From the IMG/VR virus record IMGVR_UViG_3300045988_120291, positions 1 to 36,226 of that record: 36,226 nt of DNA. One strand, 5' to 3'. The stretch is from a virus. The number at the start of each line of letters is the position of its first letter. Position 1 is the first letter of the stretch. The position numbers and the translations under genes were made by a program. The notes beneath the pieces are model-generated. The model ran no database searches, was not told where the DNA came from, and was given only the letters and a program-made list of their open reading frames with translations. This document shows positions 23,113 through 33,245 of the stretch, one piece after another.

Positions 23113-24030
23113 TCACTGCGCTTTTCTTCGTGTTGCTGTTACATCAACTATAATTACCGGTTTCATTGGTGTTCCTACTTCCGTGTTAATGAAGCCTTTG
23201 AATGGGAACCACATCCACGCTGAAATGTCTATCCCCGCTGCTAACGCCGGGGCTGATATTGTTTCCAGCAGTGGCCCATCTTGTGGCCGCAATAGAAGCT
23301 CAGGCGTTTTCTTTGTATCCCACCGTTTTCTATCGTTTAGCATTATTGGTGCATCGCGTTTGTTTATACCCGCGATACGCCAACATGCTTGCAGGCTTGA
23401 ATCTATGACCGTTCGTATTACTTCACGGGCTTCACCTTTTATTGTTGTACCGTCTGCCGATGTCGCCATTTGAATATCAGCCAAACGGCGCGGCCGCTTG
23501 AACTGTATTATTTTATCTGGTTCACCCTTCCAGTCGCGCGTGAAATCAAAGAATGCATTTTCCTTCCAACTTATCGGCCCACTCATAGCAGGGAACCGAT
23601 CAAGCATTTTCAGCACTTCGACGCCATGAATCTCAATTATAGAAGGCGCAAATGGGTTATTTCCCTTTGCTATACAATGAGTGACCCAATACACTCGATT
23701 CCTGTAATTACTTCGACGAATGAATAAAAAGCGCGTCTTGTCAACGATAGGCTTCATTCGGCCCTCGCTGTCCACTTCACCCAGCCCCTCGGCCATTAGA
23801 TGCGCTACGCAACGATGAGGAATCCCCTTGCCTGCATTGACCATTACGGTCGCCACAACCGACGCCGGTTCCCCACGAGTGCGCGACGCCTGCAAGTTCA
23901 ACAGCGGCGGAAGATCACACAGTGGCAAACCGTCTTCATCGAGTATCGCAGCATACTGGCCCATGTTTTCCGCTACCTCTAGCGCGTGCCGCGACCACTC
24001 ACTCCAACCTTTATCATCTAGAGACGCCAT
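23113..24030 (-). CDS. Minor tail protein (Tal-position gene)
   Basis: 305-aa ORF directly after the distal tail protein gene, with a 13-nt overlap. Confidence 0.55.
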   Translation of the reverse strand: MASLDDKGWSEWSRHALEVAENMGQYAAILDEDGLPLCDLPPLLNLQASRTRGEPASVVATVMVNAGKGIPHRCVAHLMAEGLGEVDSEGRMKPIVDKTRFLFIRRSNYRNRVYWVTHCIAKGNNPFAPSIIEIHGVEVLKMLDRFPAMSGPISWKENAFFDFTRDWKGEPDKIIQFKRPRRLADIQMATSADGTTIKGEAREVIRTVIDSSLQACWRIAGINKRDAPIMLNDRKRWDTKKTPELLLRPQDGPLLETISAPALAAGIDISAWMWFPFKGFINTEVGTPMKPVIIVDVTATRRKAQ

Positions 24031-24809
24031 GGATCACAAACCCCTATCTCCCATTCAAGTGAAGAACCTAGCGGCAGCTCAAAATCAGCCTGCCGACCCG
24101 GCGCGATTGGTTCTGCCACCACTCTTCCAATCTGGTTCCAGATCCACTGATCTAGGCTCCCGTCTGCATATAGCACCATGCATGATTGTAATTCGTCTAG
24201 CAGCAAGGTTCTTTGGTTTGCGACCTGCGGTAGTCGGAATGTGTAGCCTGATGGTAGTTTGACTGTTCCGCCTTCCCCGTTCCAACGGAGTGTCGGCCTG
24301 ATCAGGCAGTCACCGGAATTGTAGATGCTGATTTTGTTGCCAGCACCTTTACCCTCTTCACGGAATGCTGATGTCCACCACACGCCGTGGTCTGCGACTA
24401 GTGGGACTTCAATCTCACTGAACGCCACCTCGTCGCTGATGTCTGACTGCGGTGGGGCTATCGCGTCCTCTAAGCGCACGTGTATGGACAATCGGCCGGC
24501 CATTTCTGATTGAATTTCCAGCACGCCGCCGGATATACCGGCGAATATTGAACGCACTTCACGGTATTTGCGTTCAGCTTCCAGCATAGTTGTTGCCGCG
24601 ATACCGATAGTCAGCTTCCCAGTGACTGCGGGTATCTCCCATGATTCCACTAGCTGCCCCGGCAGGCCCGGCGCGGTGAGGGTTTTGGCTTCGATTTTGC
24701 CGACTAGGCCCTCGATTCCTGCGTGCATGATTGAGACGCGCCAATCACCGGCGCGCGTGAGGTCCAGTACACGCCCGTCTGTGGACGTGTACCGGATCGC
24801 GTTTACCAT
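24018..24809 (-). CDS. Distal tail protein (Dit-like)
   Basis: 263-aa ORF immediately downstream of the tape measure, which is the conserved siphovirus position. Confidence 0.6.
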   Translation of the reverse strand: MVNAIRYTSTDGRVLDLTRAGDWRVSIMHAGIEGLVGKIEAKTLTAPGLPGQLVESWEIPAVTGKLTIGIAATTMLEAERKYREVRSIFAGISGGVLEIQSEMAGRLSIHVRLEDAIAPPQSDISDEVAFSEIEVPLVADHGVWWTSAFREEGKGAGNKISIYNSGDCLIRPTLRWNGEGGTVKLPSGYTFRLPQVANQRTLLLDELQSCMVLYADGSLDQWIWNQIGRVVAEPIAPGRQADFELPLGSSLEWEIGVCDPWRL

Positions 24810-24844
24810 TTTGGTTCTCCCTTTTATGTCATGTTTGTTCCTTC

Positions 24845-27800
24845 CTAGAATAGCTGAGCGTTCAGCACGTCGGTAGCTGTGGGTTTGTTCAGCTCGGCGA
24901 TGCGCTTTGCCATTTCATCGCGCGCCGCGTCAAGCATTGCTTGTGTCTGCTTGCGGGTAAAGGCTTCACCCGGCGGCAGCTTGAACTCCACCTGTGCGGC
25001 GCGCACGCCGACTGCCTCAGCCTGTTTGCGTGACACATCAGCCATGAGGGTGATTCTGCGAGCCGTGTCCTCGGCGATGCGGTTCTGTGTCTGTGCCAAT
25101 GTGATCATGCGCTCGCGTTGCTGGATTTCCACCTTTGAGGCTTCGACCAGTGCTTGTGCTTCGGCTCGGCTTGACGATTCCGCGATCTGCTTTTGCAGTG
25201 ATGCATAGTTGACGTCTGATTTCAGGGCTTCTAGCTGTGCTAAGTGCCGTGATTCCAGTGCCGCGCGGGCTGCCTCTATACCGGCTTTCTGCGTGTCAGC
25301 GTTGAATTGAGCGGCTTCAGTTCGTTCCTCGTCCTTCCGCTTGAGCTTGTCAAGCTTGGTATCGATGTTGTGGGTTACCGATCCCACGGTTGCATCGACC
25401 AGCTGATCAGCTAGCTTAGCGCCCGCCGAAACCGCATCAGCCCCGTAGACTTGTGACGCGAAACCACCGGCCCCGGCGACGGCCGCGCCGCCACCAACAC
25501 CCAGGATCAGGCCGAGCTTCTGCCCAATGCTCATACCCTTCCATGCCTTGCCCACTTCACCCTTGTTGTGGAAAAGGCTAATGCCGCCCTGGATCAGGTC
25601 TTTCAACCCGGCTAGTGCCGTGCCAGCGCCGATCACTGCACCCAGTGGCCCACCGGTAGCGAAACCTGCGGCACCGGCGGCGATACCACCAACCAGCTTA
25701 CCCAGACCGGAACCGACCTGGCCCAGGCCGGTAATACCCGTCGCGGCACCCTTAGCCCCCTGCGGGGTCAACCCGTAGAGTTCCTTAGTGTGTGCCGCAA
25801 GCGCTAGGGTTTTCAGCCGCAGCATTTCCACAGCGGAGGCTTGCGTAAGCGTCGCCTCCTGCAAAGCCAGCTGCGCAAGCTGCTGCTTGTGCGTGGCCTC
25901 TAGGGCGTCTACTGCGGCCTGTGCGCGGGCTTCCTGTACCTTCCACTCAGCAGCGCGGATTTCGGCCGTCTTCTCAGCCGCCGACGCCGCCAACTCTTCC
26001 AGCCCGAACTTGCCCGTCTGGTAGAAGCGGTTGACGGCACCGCGCATTGCTTCCACGCTTGTCGAAGCGATCTTAGCCTGAGCCTTGCGGGCTTTCGCCA
26101 ACTCAGCCTCGGCGCGGGCGATACTCACGGCACCGCTTGTACGGGCACGCGCAACATCCGCTGTCGCAATGGCCTCTTCGATCTGTGCGCGGCGGCGGGC
26201 AATTCGGGTATTGATCTGGTTGATCCGGGCTTTCGCCTCTTCCTGCCGCAGCTTCTGCACAGCCTCAGCAGCCGACGCTAGGCCATTGAACAGACCAGAT
26301 ACGGTTTTTGCCGCACCCTGGAAAGCCTCGCCGATGTTTTCGGCAAGCTCCTGTGCGGCCTTGAACCGCGCGGCCACAAGCGCGCGCTCTGCGGCTTCCA
26401 AGCGTTCGGCCTGGTCGCCGGTTTTCGCGCGGGCATCTGAAAGCTTTTCCTCTAGCTTCTGAACCTTGTCCAGTCGTGTTTTGACTGTTTTCGCGTTCTT
26501 GTCGCTGTCTTTGTCAAGCTGCGTTTGCGCATCCTCGTGAGCGCGGTTCAGGCGCTTTTGAGCGTCGGCGATCTTATCGGCCTTGCCTGCGGATCGGGCT
26601 TTCGCTAGCGCTTCTTCGGCGTCGGCAATCTTCCGGCGGTTCGACGTGGAAACCGCCCCACCTTCTGACTCGGCTTTAGCTAGCTCGTGTTTCGCTTCGG
26701 CAAGGTCTTTCTCGATCTTTGCGACATCCTCTGTCTCATCAGACAGAGATTCACGCACAGCTAAAAGACCCGCCTCGGCATCTTGCACAATCTCAGTCTT
26801 GCCCAGGAAGTCTCCGCCGAAATTCTTGCTGTTCAGTGCATTCAGAATCCCCTTTGCGGCTTCTTCACCTACCAGCCCGGCAAGTACAGACGGGTCTGAT
26901 TCGCGGCCGATCATTGCCTTTTCGAGGTTGTCAGATGCGCGGGCGAAATTCCTTGCAGCTTCCGGCATCACACGAATGAACTCGTCGAACGCGCGCGTCA
27001 TATCCGGCGGCAAAATCCGCTCAGGGCGACCGGAAAGATTGATAGCCCCACCGCCCGGCGGCAAGATACCACCAGTGTCATACACGCGGGTCTTCACATG
27101 CCGTAGGGCGTCATTGTAAAGGTCTTGCGCCTTGCCCCATGAAACCGACTTGCCGCCGACCTTGATTCCATTGACGCTTGTGGAATCGACAATGCCTGAT
27201 CCCGAAGCATCCCATCCATGTCCGTTGCCGTCGATCAGCGGCCCCGATGCAGATTCACCACCTAATTTAATGTGTGCTCGGTGCGTGAACTGTGGATGAG
27301 AAGCGGGCGACGCCGCGCCGCCGATCTGCCCATTGCCACGGCCGCCACCCATCTCCACATTGACACCTGCGATGGTGCCCGATGTGTGACCACCCCAAGG
27401 GCCACCATTGAACCAGCCGATACTGAAATCATTGGGGCCACCCATCCCGGAACTGAACCCCATCGCAGACAGCGCCTGTGCCTGGTTTCCAGTCGCAAAA
27501 CGACTAGCAAACGCAGGGCGGCCGGTAGCAAAGTTCGCAAGCGCCGACATAGCGCCTGAGCAGTCACCCCAGTTCACACCACCCCACACATAGGGGGCAC
27601 CCTCCAAAGGTCGTGAAGCACGCTGCCCATTAACCGACGCGCCCTGAGCAAACGCCAACAAATCCCTTGCCGACACCACGCCACCATCCGCATACGCGGG
27701 CAATGCCCGGCGCGCGGCGGCGGCGATGTCGGCCGGTGATCCACTGTTAATTGCGCCTAGCAGTCCGTCGTATTGTTCGCTGCGGCCGCGCCTGATTACC

Positions 27801-30800
27801 CATTCCCCGGCGTCTACCCATGATGTGGGTACGCCGTCTGATCCGATGCCGAGTATGCCGTCTGTGCGGTCTGTTCCGGGGCCACTGGTTGGCAGTCGGC
27901 CGCCGAATGCGTGGCGGGGGATTCGGCCGCCGTTCGCGTGGCTGCCAAAGCTTGCGTTACCGCCGATTAGGCTAGCGGCAATGGCGATTGGGGTGCTCAT
28001 TTTCGCCTTTAACCGGTCGAACCAGCTACTTGCCTCGTTGATCCCAGCTTTGACGCCGGAGGTATCAAGGTTGGCTTTCGGGTTCGGGCGCTGAGCATCC
28101 AGGTTTTTCAGCTCTTCCAAGCCTGCTTGCTTCTTGGAAATCAGCTCATCAATTGTCAGCTTTGCCTGCGGGTCGGCAACCTCAGCGCTGAGTGACCGCA
28201 GTTCACTTAGGGAGGTGTCCTTGCCCGCTAGCAGATCATCAATGATCAGATTGGCTTTGGGGGACGCTGTTTCGCGGTCGATTCCTTCGACGATGGAACG
28301 CACCTCATCAGCTGCTAAGCCGACGGGGGCAATGTCCATGTTCACCTTGACAATCGCGGCTGTCTCTTCTAGCGACGCGGTTGTGTTGATGATGTTGTCT
28401 AGGGCTTCTTTCGCGGCGTCTGTGTTCGCCGTGACGCGGATTTGACCGGTCTGCTCATTGATGACCTGAACGCTGTAGCCGATGTCTTCCAGCGTCTGTT
28501 TCGTGGCGTTGGGGTCTTCGACACGCAGTTCTATTGGTTGCCCGGCTTTTGCCTGCAGCTTTTCCATTTCAGACCAGACGATACCTAGATCGCTTTTCGC
28601 CTCGTCTGCAGACACCTTCACTAGGGTTTCAACAACCCCCGGAAGGAGACCGTACTGTGCACCTAGCTCGCGGATTTGCTCTTTCGTGAGGCCGTACTTT
28701 TCGGCAAGCCGATCCAGCGCAGGCCCCATCTGATCCCACGATGCGCTAACGTCGCCGCCGTTTGCGGCCACGCTTGCCAGCTCATCGCGGAAACCGGTTA
28801 ACTCACCTTTGAGGGCGCGGGCGTTTTTCTGCGTGAGGTCAAGCTTTCCCGATGCATCGACCATCGCGGAGCCGAAACCATCAGCCTCATTGACTGCTTT
28901 ACCGGCCGACTCTGCTACCTGATCGATGTGCTCAGCCAGCTTTGCTGTTGCATCGTCCTTGCCTTCATTGACGTTGAAAATCTCATCCAAGACTTTCGTT
29001 AGCGCTTTTGCCTTGTCGGTTGCTGATGACGAGGCGTCGCCTAGCACCTTGAAAGCGTCTGCTATTTCTGTTGCCCCGGGGGCAAGCTGCATGAACTCAG
29101 TTTTTACCCTGAAATACGCCTCGCGCTGCTCATTCAGGCTGTTTACCAGCTGTTGGCCGCCGATTGAGGACTGGTCAATCTTCTGCGTGAACAGATTGTA
29201 CTCAGCTGCTGATGATGCAACGATCCGGGCTAGGTCTTCATGAGTGACACCTAGCCGCTCAATCTCTTTCTGTTGCGCTTGCAGCGCCTCATGATTTTGA
29301 CGATCCAGGTAGTTCTGGAACAGAACCTGTTTCGCACCCTGCGTGTCTCCGCTAAGTAGCTCCCCCCATGTGTTACCAGCCCTGGCCATGTAGGCCGAGA
29401 AGCTGTGAGGGTCGTTGGCTAGTGCGGTTTTTCGGGCGTCTTCTAGCTTCTGCATTCGGCCTATGAGGGCGTCGATTGCCGCGCCCTCGCCGCCTTCCGC
29501 TAGTGCTTTCCACAGTTCCCGCTGTGAGTTCGCCGCCGAATTGACAATCTCACTGTATGCCGCGGTGTAGCTCTTCATCTTCTGTACACCGTCGATGTAC
29601 GCGGTGACAGCGATGGTTGCCCCGGCTAATGCTAGGTTCCATGGCCCGCCGAGGGCGCTTACCAGCCCGCCGACCGCTGATTTCGCTGTTGATGCACCGG
29701 CGGCCATAGTGCCTTTAAGGGTTCCGGCGAACCGGCCTGATTCGGCGGAGGCGTCGCGGAATGCTTGCGATGCGCGGTTAACAGCGGCGCTGTGGGATTC
29801 CAGCGCCCCCCATGCGGCAGACATGCGGCCGATCTCTGTGCCGTTTGCGCGGGCCATTGCAGTTTGCAGCTGCATTGTCTCGCGGAAACCCTGAATGCTT
29901 GTGCGCGCCTGATCCACATGTGAGCGGAATACTGAGAAGGCTTTAGTGTTCTCAGCTAGTTTCAGCGCTACGAACGCGGCCGCGGCAAGCTTTAGGTTGT
30001 CTGGCAGCTTGGCCACGCCCTGCGCCGCCGATGTTGCAAGCACCCCTAATTGGCCCAGCCCCTCAGCTGCTTTCCCTGATAGAGATTCCAGCGCGGGAGA
30101 CAGATCGGAAAGCTTATCGGCCGCCGTCACGAATGCCTTGGATAACGGCCCCTCTAACTTTGTGTAGACGGCTAGGCCCAATTCCTCAGCCGCGTTCTGC
30201 ACCTTTTCCATCGCACCCGGAAGACCGAGGGTTTTAGCAGCGGCAAGTTCTGCGGCCTGCCCCTGCCGCGTAACGGCGGCGCGCACACGGTTAAAGCCCT
30301 CAATGCCTTGCTGCGATGCGATACCAGCGAGGCGCATGGCGTCGCTGCCGAAAAGCGTTGCCGTGGCAGCTTGATACTGCTCGTCGGTCATGCGGCTTGC
30401 AGCCTGATTCAGCTGGTCAAACAGATCAGGCAGGCCAACAAACTTACCCTGAGCATCGTAGACAGTAAGGCCCAGCTCCTCAATAGCCTTCTGCGCGGGC
30501 TTACCCTGATCAGTAAGCGCAAGCAACGCCGACTTTAGCAGTGTACCGGCGTCCGATCCCTGGATACCCGCGTTAGCGAACACCGCCAACGCTGTTGACG
30601 TGTCCTCAATACTGATCCCGAATTGGTGCGCGACAGTACCGGATTGCTGCAGACCGGCGGCGATACCCTGAATCTCAGCCGACGAGGCGTTAGCAGCGCC
30701 TGCCAAAAGGTCCGACGCGGTAGATGCATAGTCAGCGCTCAGGCCGAATGCTTGCAGCGCCTGCGATTGGATCGTGGCCGCACTTGCAGCGTCGATCTGC

Positions 30801-31195
30801 GCAGCGGCGGCAAGCTGCAACGTGCCCTTTGCCGCATCCATCGACTGTTGCAGCGTGAAGCCACCCTTAGCTAGCTCTGTCATGGCGGCGGCGGCATCGC
30901 CCGCCGACGTCGCAGGCAGGCTAATATCGTTGCCCAGCGCACGAGCCTTAGCTGCGGCGGCATCCATCTCACGCGCAGACGCCTGCGTAACCGCACCCAA
31001 TGCGTTCATCTCAGTGCGGAACTCAGCCCCCACCTTATTGATACCCTGAACAAGACCGGCAGCCCCGAAAGCCACGCCGACAAGACCGCCGACCTTCGAC
31101 GCCACACCAATGCCGCCACGCAATGAAGATTCAAGCTTTGAGGAAAAACTCCGTGTATTCGGCTCGATCAGAATATCAATTTTGCCACCGGCCAC
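24845..31195 (-). CDS. Tape measure protein (2116 aa) with an embedded NlpC/P60-like segment
   Basis: Largest ORF in the window, with a GTG start after SD GAAGGAGAA. It has long Ala/Gln/Glu-rich helical stretches, lies downstream of the G/T chaperones, and has an internal GVNWGDCSGAMS...GGHTSG motif. Confidence 0.85.
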   Translation of the reverse strand: MAGGKIDILIEPNTRSFSSKLESSLRGGIGVASKVGGLVGVAFGAAGLVQGINKVGAEFRTEMNALGAVTQASAREMDAAAAKARALGNDISLPATSAGDAAAAMTELAKGGFTLQQSMDAAKGTLQLAAAAQIDAASAATIQSQALQAFGLSADYASTASDLLAGAANASSAEIQGIAAGLQQSGTVAHQFGISIEDTSTALAVFANAGIQGSDAGTLLKSALLALTDQGKPAQKAIEELGLTVYDAQGKFVGLPDLFDQLNQAASRMTDEQYQAATATLFGSDAMRLAGIASQQGIEGFNRVRAAVTRQGQAAELAAAKTLGLPGAMEKVQNAAEELGLAVYTKLEGPLSKAFVTAADKLSDLSPALESLSGKAAEGLGQLGVLATSAAQGVAKLPDNLKLAAAAFVALKLAENTKAFSVFRSHVDQARTSIQGFRETMQLQTAMARANGTEIGRMSAAWGALESHSAAVNRASQAFRDASAESGRFAGTLKGTMAAGASTAKSAVGGLVSALGGPWNLALAGATIAVTAYIDGVQKMKSYTAAYSEIVNSAANSQRELWKALAEGGEGAAIDALIGRMQKLEDARKTALANDPHSFSAYMARAGNTWGELLSGDTQGAKQVLFQNYLDRQNHEALQAQQKEIERLGVTHEDLARIVASSAAEYNLFTQKIDQSSIGGQQLVNSLNEQREAYFRVKTEFMQLAPGATEIADAFKVLGDASSSATDKAKALTKVLDEIFNVNEGKDDATAKLAEHIDQVAESAGKAVNEADGFGSAMVDASGKLDLTQKNARALKGELTGFRDELASVAANGGDVSASWDQMGPALDRLAEKYGLTKEQIRELGAQYGLLPGVVETLVKVSADEAKSDLGIVWSEMEKLQAKAGQPIELRVEDPNATKQTLEDIGYSVQVINEQTGQIRVTANTDAAKEALDNIINTTASLEETAAIVKVNMDIAPVGLAADEVRSIVEGIDRETASPKANLIIDDLLAGKDTSLSELRSLSAEVADPQAKLTIDELISKKQAGLEELKNLDAQRPNPKANLDTSGVKAGINEASSWFDRLKAKMSTPIAIAASLIGGNASFGSHANGGRIPRHAFGGRLPTSGPGTDRTDGILGIGSDGVPTSWVDAGEWVIRRGRSEQYDGLLGAINSGSPADIAAAARRALPAYADGGVVSARDLLAFAQGASVNGQRASRPLEGAPYVWGGVNWGDCSGAMSALANFATGRPAFASRFATGNQAQALSAMGFSSGMGGPNDFSIGWFNGGPWGGHTSGTIAGVNVEMGGGRGNGQIGGAASPASHPQFTHRAHIKLGGESASGPLIDGNGHGWDASGSGIVDSTSVNGIKVGGKSVSWGKAQDLYNDALRHVKTRVYDTGGILPPGGGAINLSGRPERILPPDMTRAFDEFIRVMPEAARNFARASDNLEKAMIGRESDPSVLAGLVGEEAAKGILNALNSKNFGGDFLGKTEIVQDAEAGLLAVRESLSDETEDVAKIEKDLAEAKHELAKAESEGGAVSTSNRRKIADAEEALAKARSAGKADKIADAQKRLNRAHEDAQTQLDKDSDKNAKTVKTRLDKVQKLEEKLSDARAKTGDQAERLEAAERALVAARFKAAQELAENIGEAFQGAAKTVSGLFNGLASAAEAVQKLRQEEAKARINQINTRIARRRAQIEEAIATADVARARTSGAVSIARAEAELAKARKAQAKIASTSVEAMRGAVNRFYQTGKFGLEELAASAAEKTAEIRAAEWKVQEARAQAAVDALEATHKQQLAQLALQEATLTQASAVEMLRLKTLALAAHTKELYGLTPQGAKGAATGITGLGQVGSGLGKLVGGIAAGAAGFATGGPLGAVIGAGTALAGLKDLIQGGISLFHNKGEVGKAWKGMSIGQKLGLILGVGGGAAVAGAGGFASQVYGADAVSAGAKLADQLVDATVGSVTHNIDTKLDKLKRKDEERTEAAQFNADTQKAGIEAARAALESRHLAQLEALKSDVNYASLQKQIAESSSRAEAQALVEASKVEIQQRERMITLAQTQNRIAEDTARRITLMADVSRKQAEAVGVRAAQVEFKLPPGEAFTRKQTQAMLDAARDEMAKRIAELNKPTATDVLNAQLF

Positions 31196-31228
31196 GGTGA
31201 TTCTCCTTCGCTAAATAATTGCAGCCTG

Positions 31229-31702
31229 CTATTTCCCCCGCAATGACAGAAACTCTTTGATTGACACTTTACGGTTACTACCCGGCGCGGGCTTTTCTTC
31301 CGTTGTGTCTTTTTTGGGGAAGTATTTTTCTGCGATTTTGATGTTTGTTTCGATGATTTGGTTTGTTATTTCCGTTGGTCGCATTGCAACGGGTGTTAGT
31401 ATTGGGTTTGGTGGTGGTTTTTGTTTATTGAGTTTTTGTTTTGCTTGTTCGGCTTTTACTTCGGGGTCATCCGGGTCTGTTGTCCATTGGCCGTATTTTG
31501 CATTCAAGTAGTAATCGTCGCGGTCAACTAAGCGGGCTATGTTTTCGTCTGTCATTGTCCACTTGTCGAGGGCGTCGATAAGGACTACCACATCTTGCCA
31601 CATCATTTCCGTGAGTGCGCGGCGGTAGTCTAGGCCGTACTCACGACGAAACCCCGCAACACATTCGGCGAACTGTTGCGGGGTTTGGGAAATGATGCGC
31701 AC
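31229..31702 (-). CDS. Tail assembly chaperone, T-like ORF in the -1 frame relative to the G-like ORF
   Basis: 157-aa ORF whose GTG shares one base with the upstream TAG. It sits between the G-like ORF and the tape measure. Confidence 0.55.
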   Translation of the reverse strand: MRIISQTPQQFAECVAGFRREYGLDYRRALTEMMWQDVVVLIDALDKWTMTDENIARLVDRDDYYLNAKYGQWTTDPDDPEVKAEQAKQKLNKQKPPPNPILTPVAMRPTEITNQIIETNIKIAEKYFPKKDTTEEKPAPGSNRKVSIKEFLSLRGK

Positions 31703-32034
31703 TAAGGGGAAAGCAATTCCCCATCGTGGTTCATAAGACCGGCGGTCTCACCGATGAACACAAGCACCTTTGTCACCTCGGCGATGCTCAGGGACAGCAG
31801 CTGTTCGGCTACTTCCTCTTTGTCTTTATCATTGTCGAAGGTGCATGTGATGTTCAGGACAGCGTTGATGATTTTGTCCCAGGTGTTTTCTTCATCGTTG
31901 AACACCTTCACGTATTTGCGCACCTGTTTCGCTGAGTAGTTGCGCTTGATGTCAAATTTGACGTCGCCGACGTTGACGGTTACGGGGTCGCCGCCGTTGA
32001 TCGCTAGCGCGGCTTCCATGAGATCAATAGCCAT
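31702..32034 (-). CDS. Tail assembly chaperone (G-like)
   Basis: 110-aa acidic ORF between the major tail and tape measure genes. CAGATTGGAGA lies 8 nt upstream of the ATG. Confidence 0.6.
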   Translation of the reverse strand: MAIDLMEAALAINGGDPVTVNVGDVKFDIKRNYSAKQVRKYVKVFNDEENTWDKIINAVLNITCTFDNDKDKEEVAEQLLSLSIAEVTKVLVFIGETAGLMNHDGELLSP

Positions 32035-32060
32035 TGTGGTTCTCCAATCTGGTTTAAATT

Positions 32061-32092
32061 GTCTGGATACAAAAAGTGACCCCTCATTTATA
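32061..32092 (-). terminator. Candidate (leaky) intrinsic terminator after the major tail protein gene
   Basis: Minus strand: CCCCTC, 11-nt loop, GAGGGG, followed by TCACTTTTTG. Confidence 0.45.
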
Positions 32093-32211
32093 GCCCGAGG
32101 GGAGAAGGCTTGTGTGTCATGTCCTTGCCCAACATTTCACTAGTTAAGGAGTCTGCGTCACATTGCTGATCCACACTTTCCTTTATACACGCCCGGCTAC
32201 TGCGTGTCAAC

Positions 32212-32760
32212 TTACGGAATGTTCATGCCGTCTGGCAGGGCCACCATGACCTCTTGCGGCGGCTTAAGCGCGGTCAAGGTGAACTCGTAGCTATCCAGGG
32301 TCTGGCCGTCAATGTTCGCGCGTGTCGCAGGCGCAGAAAGCGTAACCAAAGGATAGTACATGGCCATTTTGTCATCGCCGTCATCCAAGGTCATGAGGAA
32401 GGAGAACTCCTCACCAATGCCCTGCGTTGCGATATACAGGTTGCCCTTTTTGGTGATCTTACCGCCCTGCAGACGGGTAAGAACTGCGGCCTCCGTGTTG
32501 TCAACTGCGCGGAATTTCACGCCGTTATCAACCGGGTCACGGGTCACTTTATACGCGGCCTGGCGATAATTGAACACTTTCAGTTTGTTCACTGACTGTT
32601 CGGCGGTGATCTCAAAGCCAGCCTCAATACCGCCGTAGGCTTTCCATCCTGCAAGGGTTTCAGCGAATGGATCGGCGGGCATTTCGGCGTTGGGGGCACC
32701 GCGATAGCCCTCACCCGTTAACCATACATATGCCTTATTCGGGTCTGCATGTTGCGCCAT
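32212..32760 (-). CDS. Major tail protein
   Basis: 182-aa ORF in the conserved position upstream of the chaperones. Good SD, and it is followed by a hairpin. Confidence 0.65.
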   Translation of the reverse strand: MAQHADPNKAYVWLTGEGYRGAPNAEMPADPFAETLAGWKAYGGIEAGFEITAEQSVNKLKVFNYRQAAYKVTRDPVDNGVKFRAVDNTEAAVLTRLQGGKITKKGNLYIATQGIGEEFSFLMTLDDGDDKMAMYYPLVTLSAPATRANIDGQTLDSYEFTLTALKPPQEVMVALPDGMNIP

Positions 32761-32774
32761 ATTTATTTCCTTCC

Positions 32775-33236
32775 TTATATTCCGAATTTACTTCGGGTGC
32801 GTATATGCGTTTCTACACGAATTGGTGCGTAATACAGCACCCTGTCAGCTCCACGCGATTTATCGTAAAGCTGAATTGGCCCGTCCACCCACCGGCCGAC
32901 AAACGCATTCTCATCATCTACCACAACCGGTTTCGTGCGGTGCAGAATCTGCGCGGCCGCTGTTGCTATATTCCATGCCGTTACGTCCGGGTCTTCATCA
33001 AGCCCTGTTACGTCTTGACCCGGCACCCACGGTGTTACCTGCACGATCACCCGGCGCGCCATGGGGTCGGCTCCTGTGTGGCCGACGGCGGCGATTGTGA
33101 CGTGTGGGAGGGTGAGGGGGTCTGGAACTTCACGGCATGAGATTGTGCCGCCGTGTAGGAGGTTCATAAAATCGGGGTCTTGCATAAGCCGGGTGCGTAT
33201 TGCTCCGGGCGTGTATGCCATTGGTTTTTTTGTCAC
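32775..33236 (-). CDS. Tail terminator / tail completion protein
   Basis: 153-aa ORF directly upstream of the major tail protein gene. Confidence 0.5.
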   Translation of the reverse strand: MTKKPMAYTPGAIRTRLMQDPDFMNLLHGGTISCREVPDPLTLPHVTIAAVGHTGADPMARRVIVQVTPWVPGQDVTGLDEDPDVTAWNIATAAAQILHRTKPVVVDDENAFVGRWVDGPIQLYDKSRGADRVLYYAPIRVETHIRTRSKFGI

Positions 33237-33245
33237 TGTTACCTT

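Noticed and set aside
22913-23116. 67-aa ORF bridging the gap between two minor tail genes
   Set aside because: Only its first ~26 codons lie in the gap; the rest overlaps the 402-aa gene out of frame. That gene has its own strong SD (GAAGGGAGG) and ATG at 23034.
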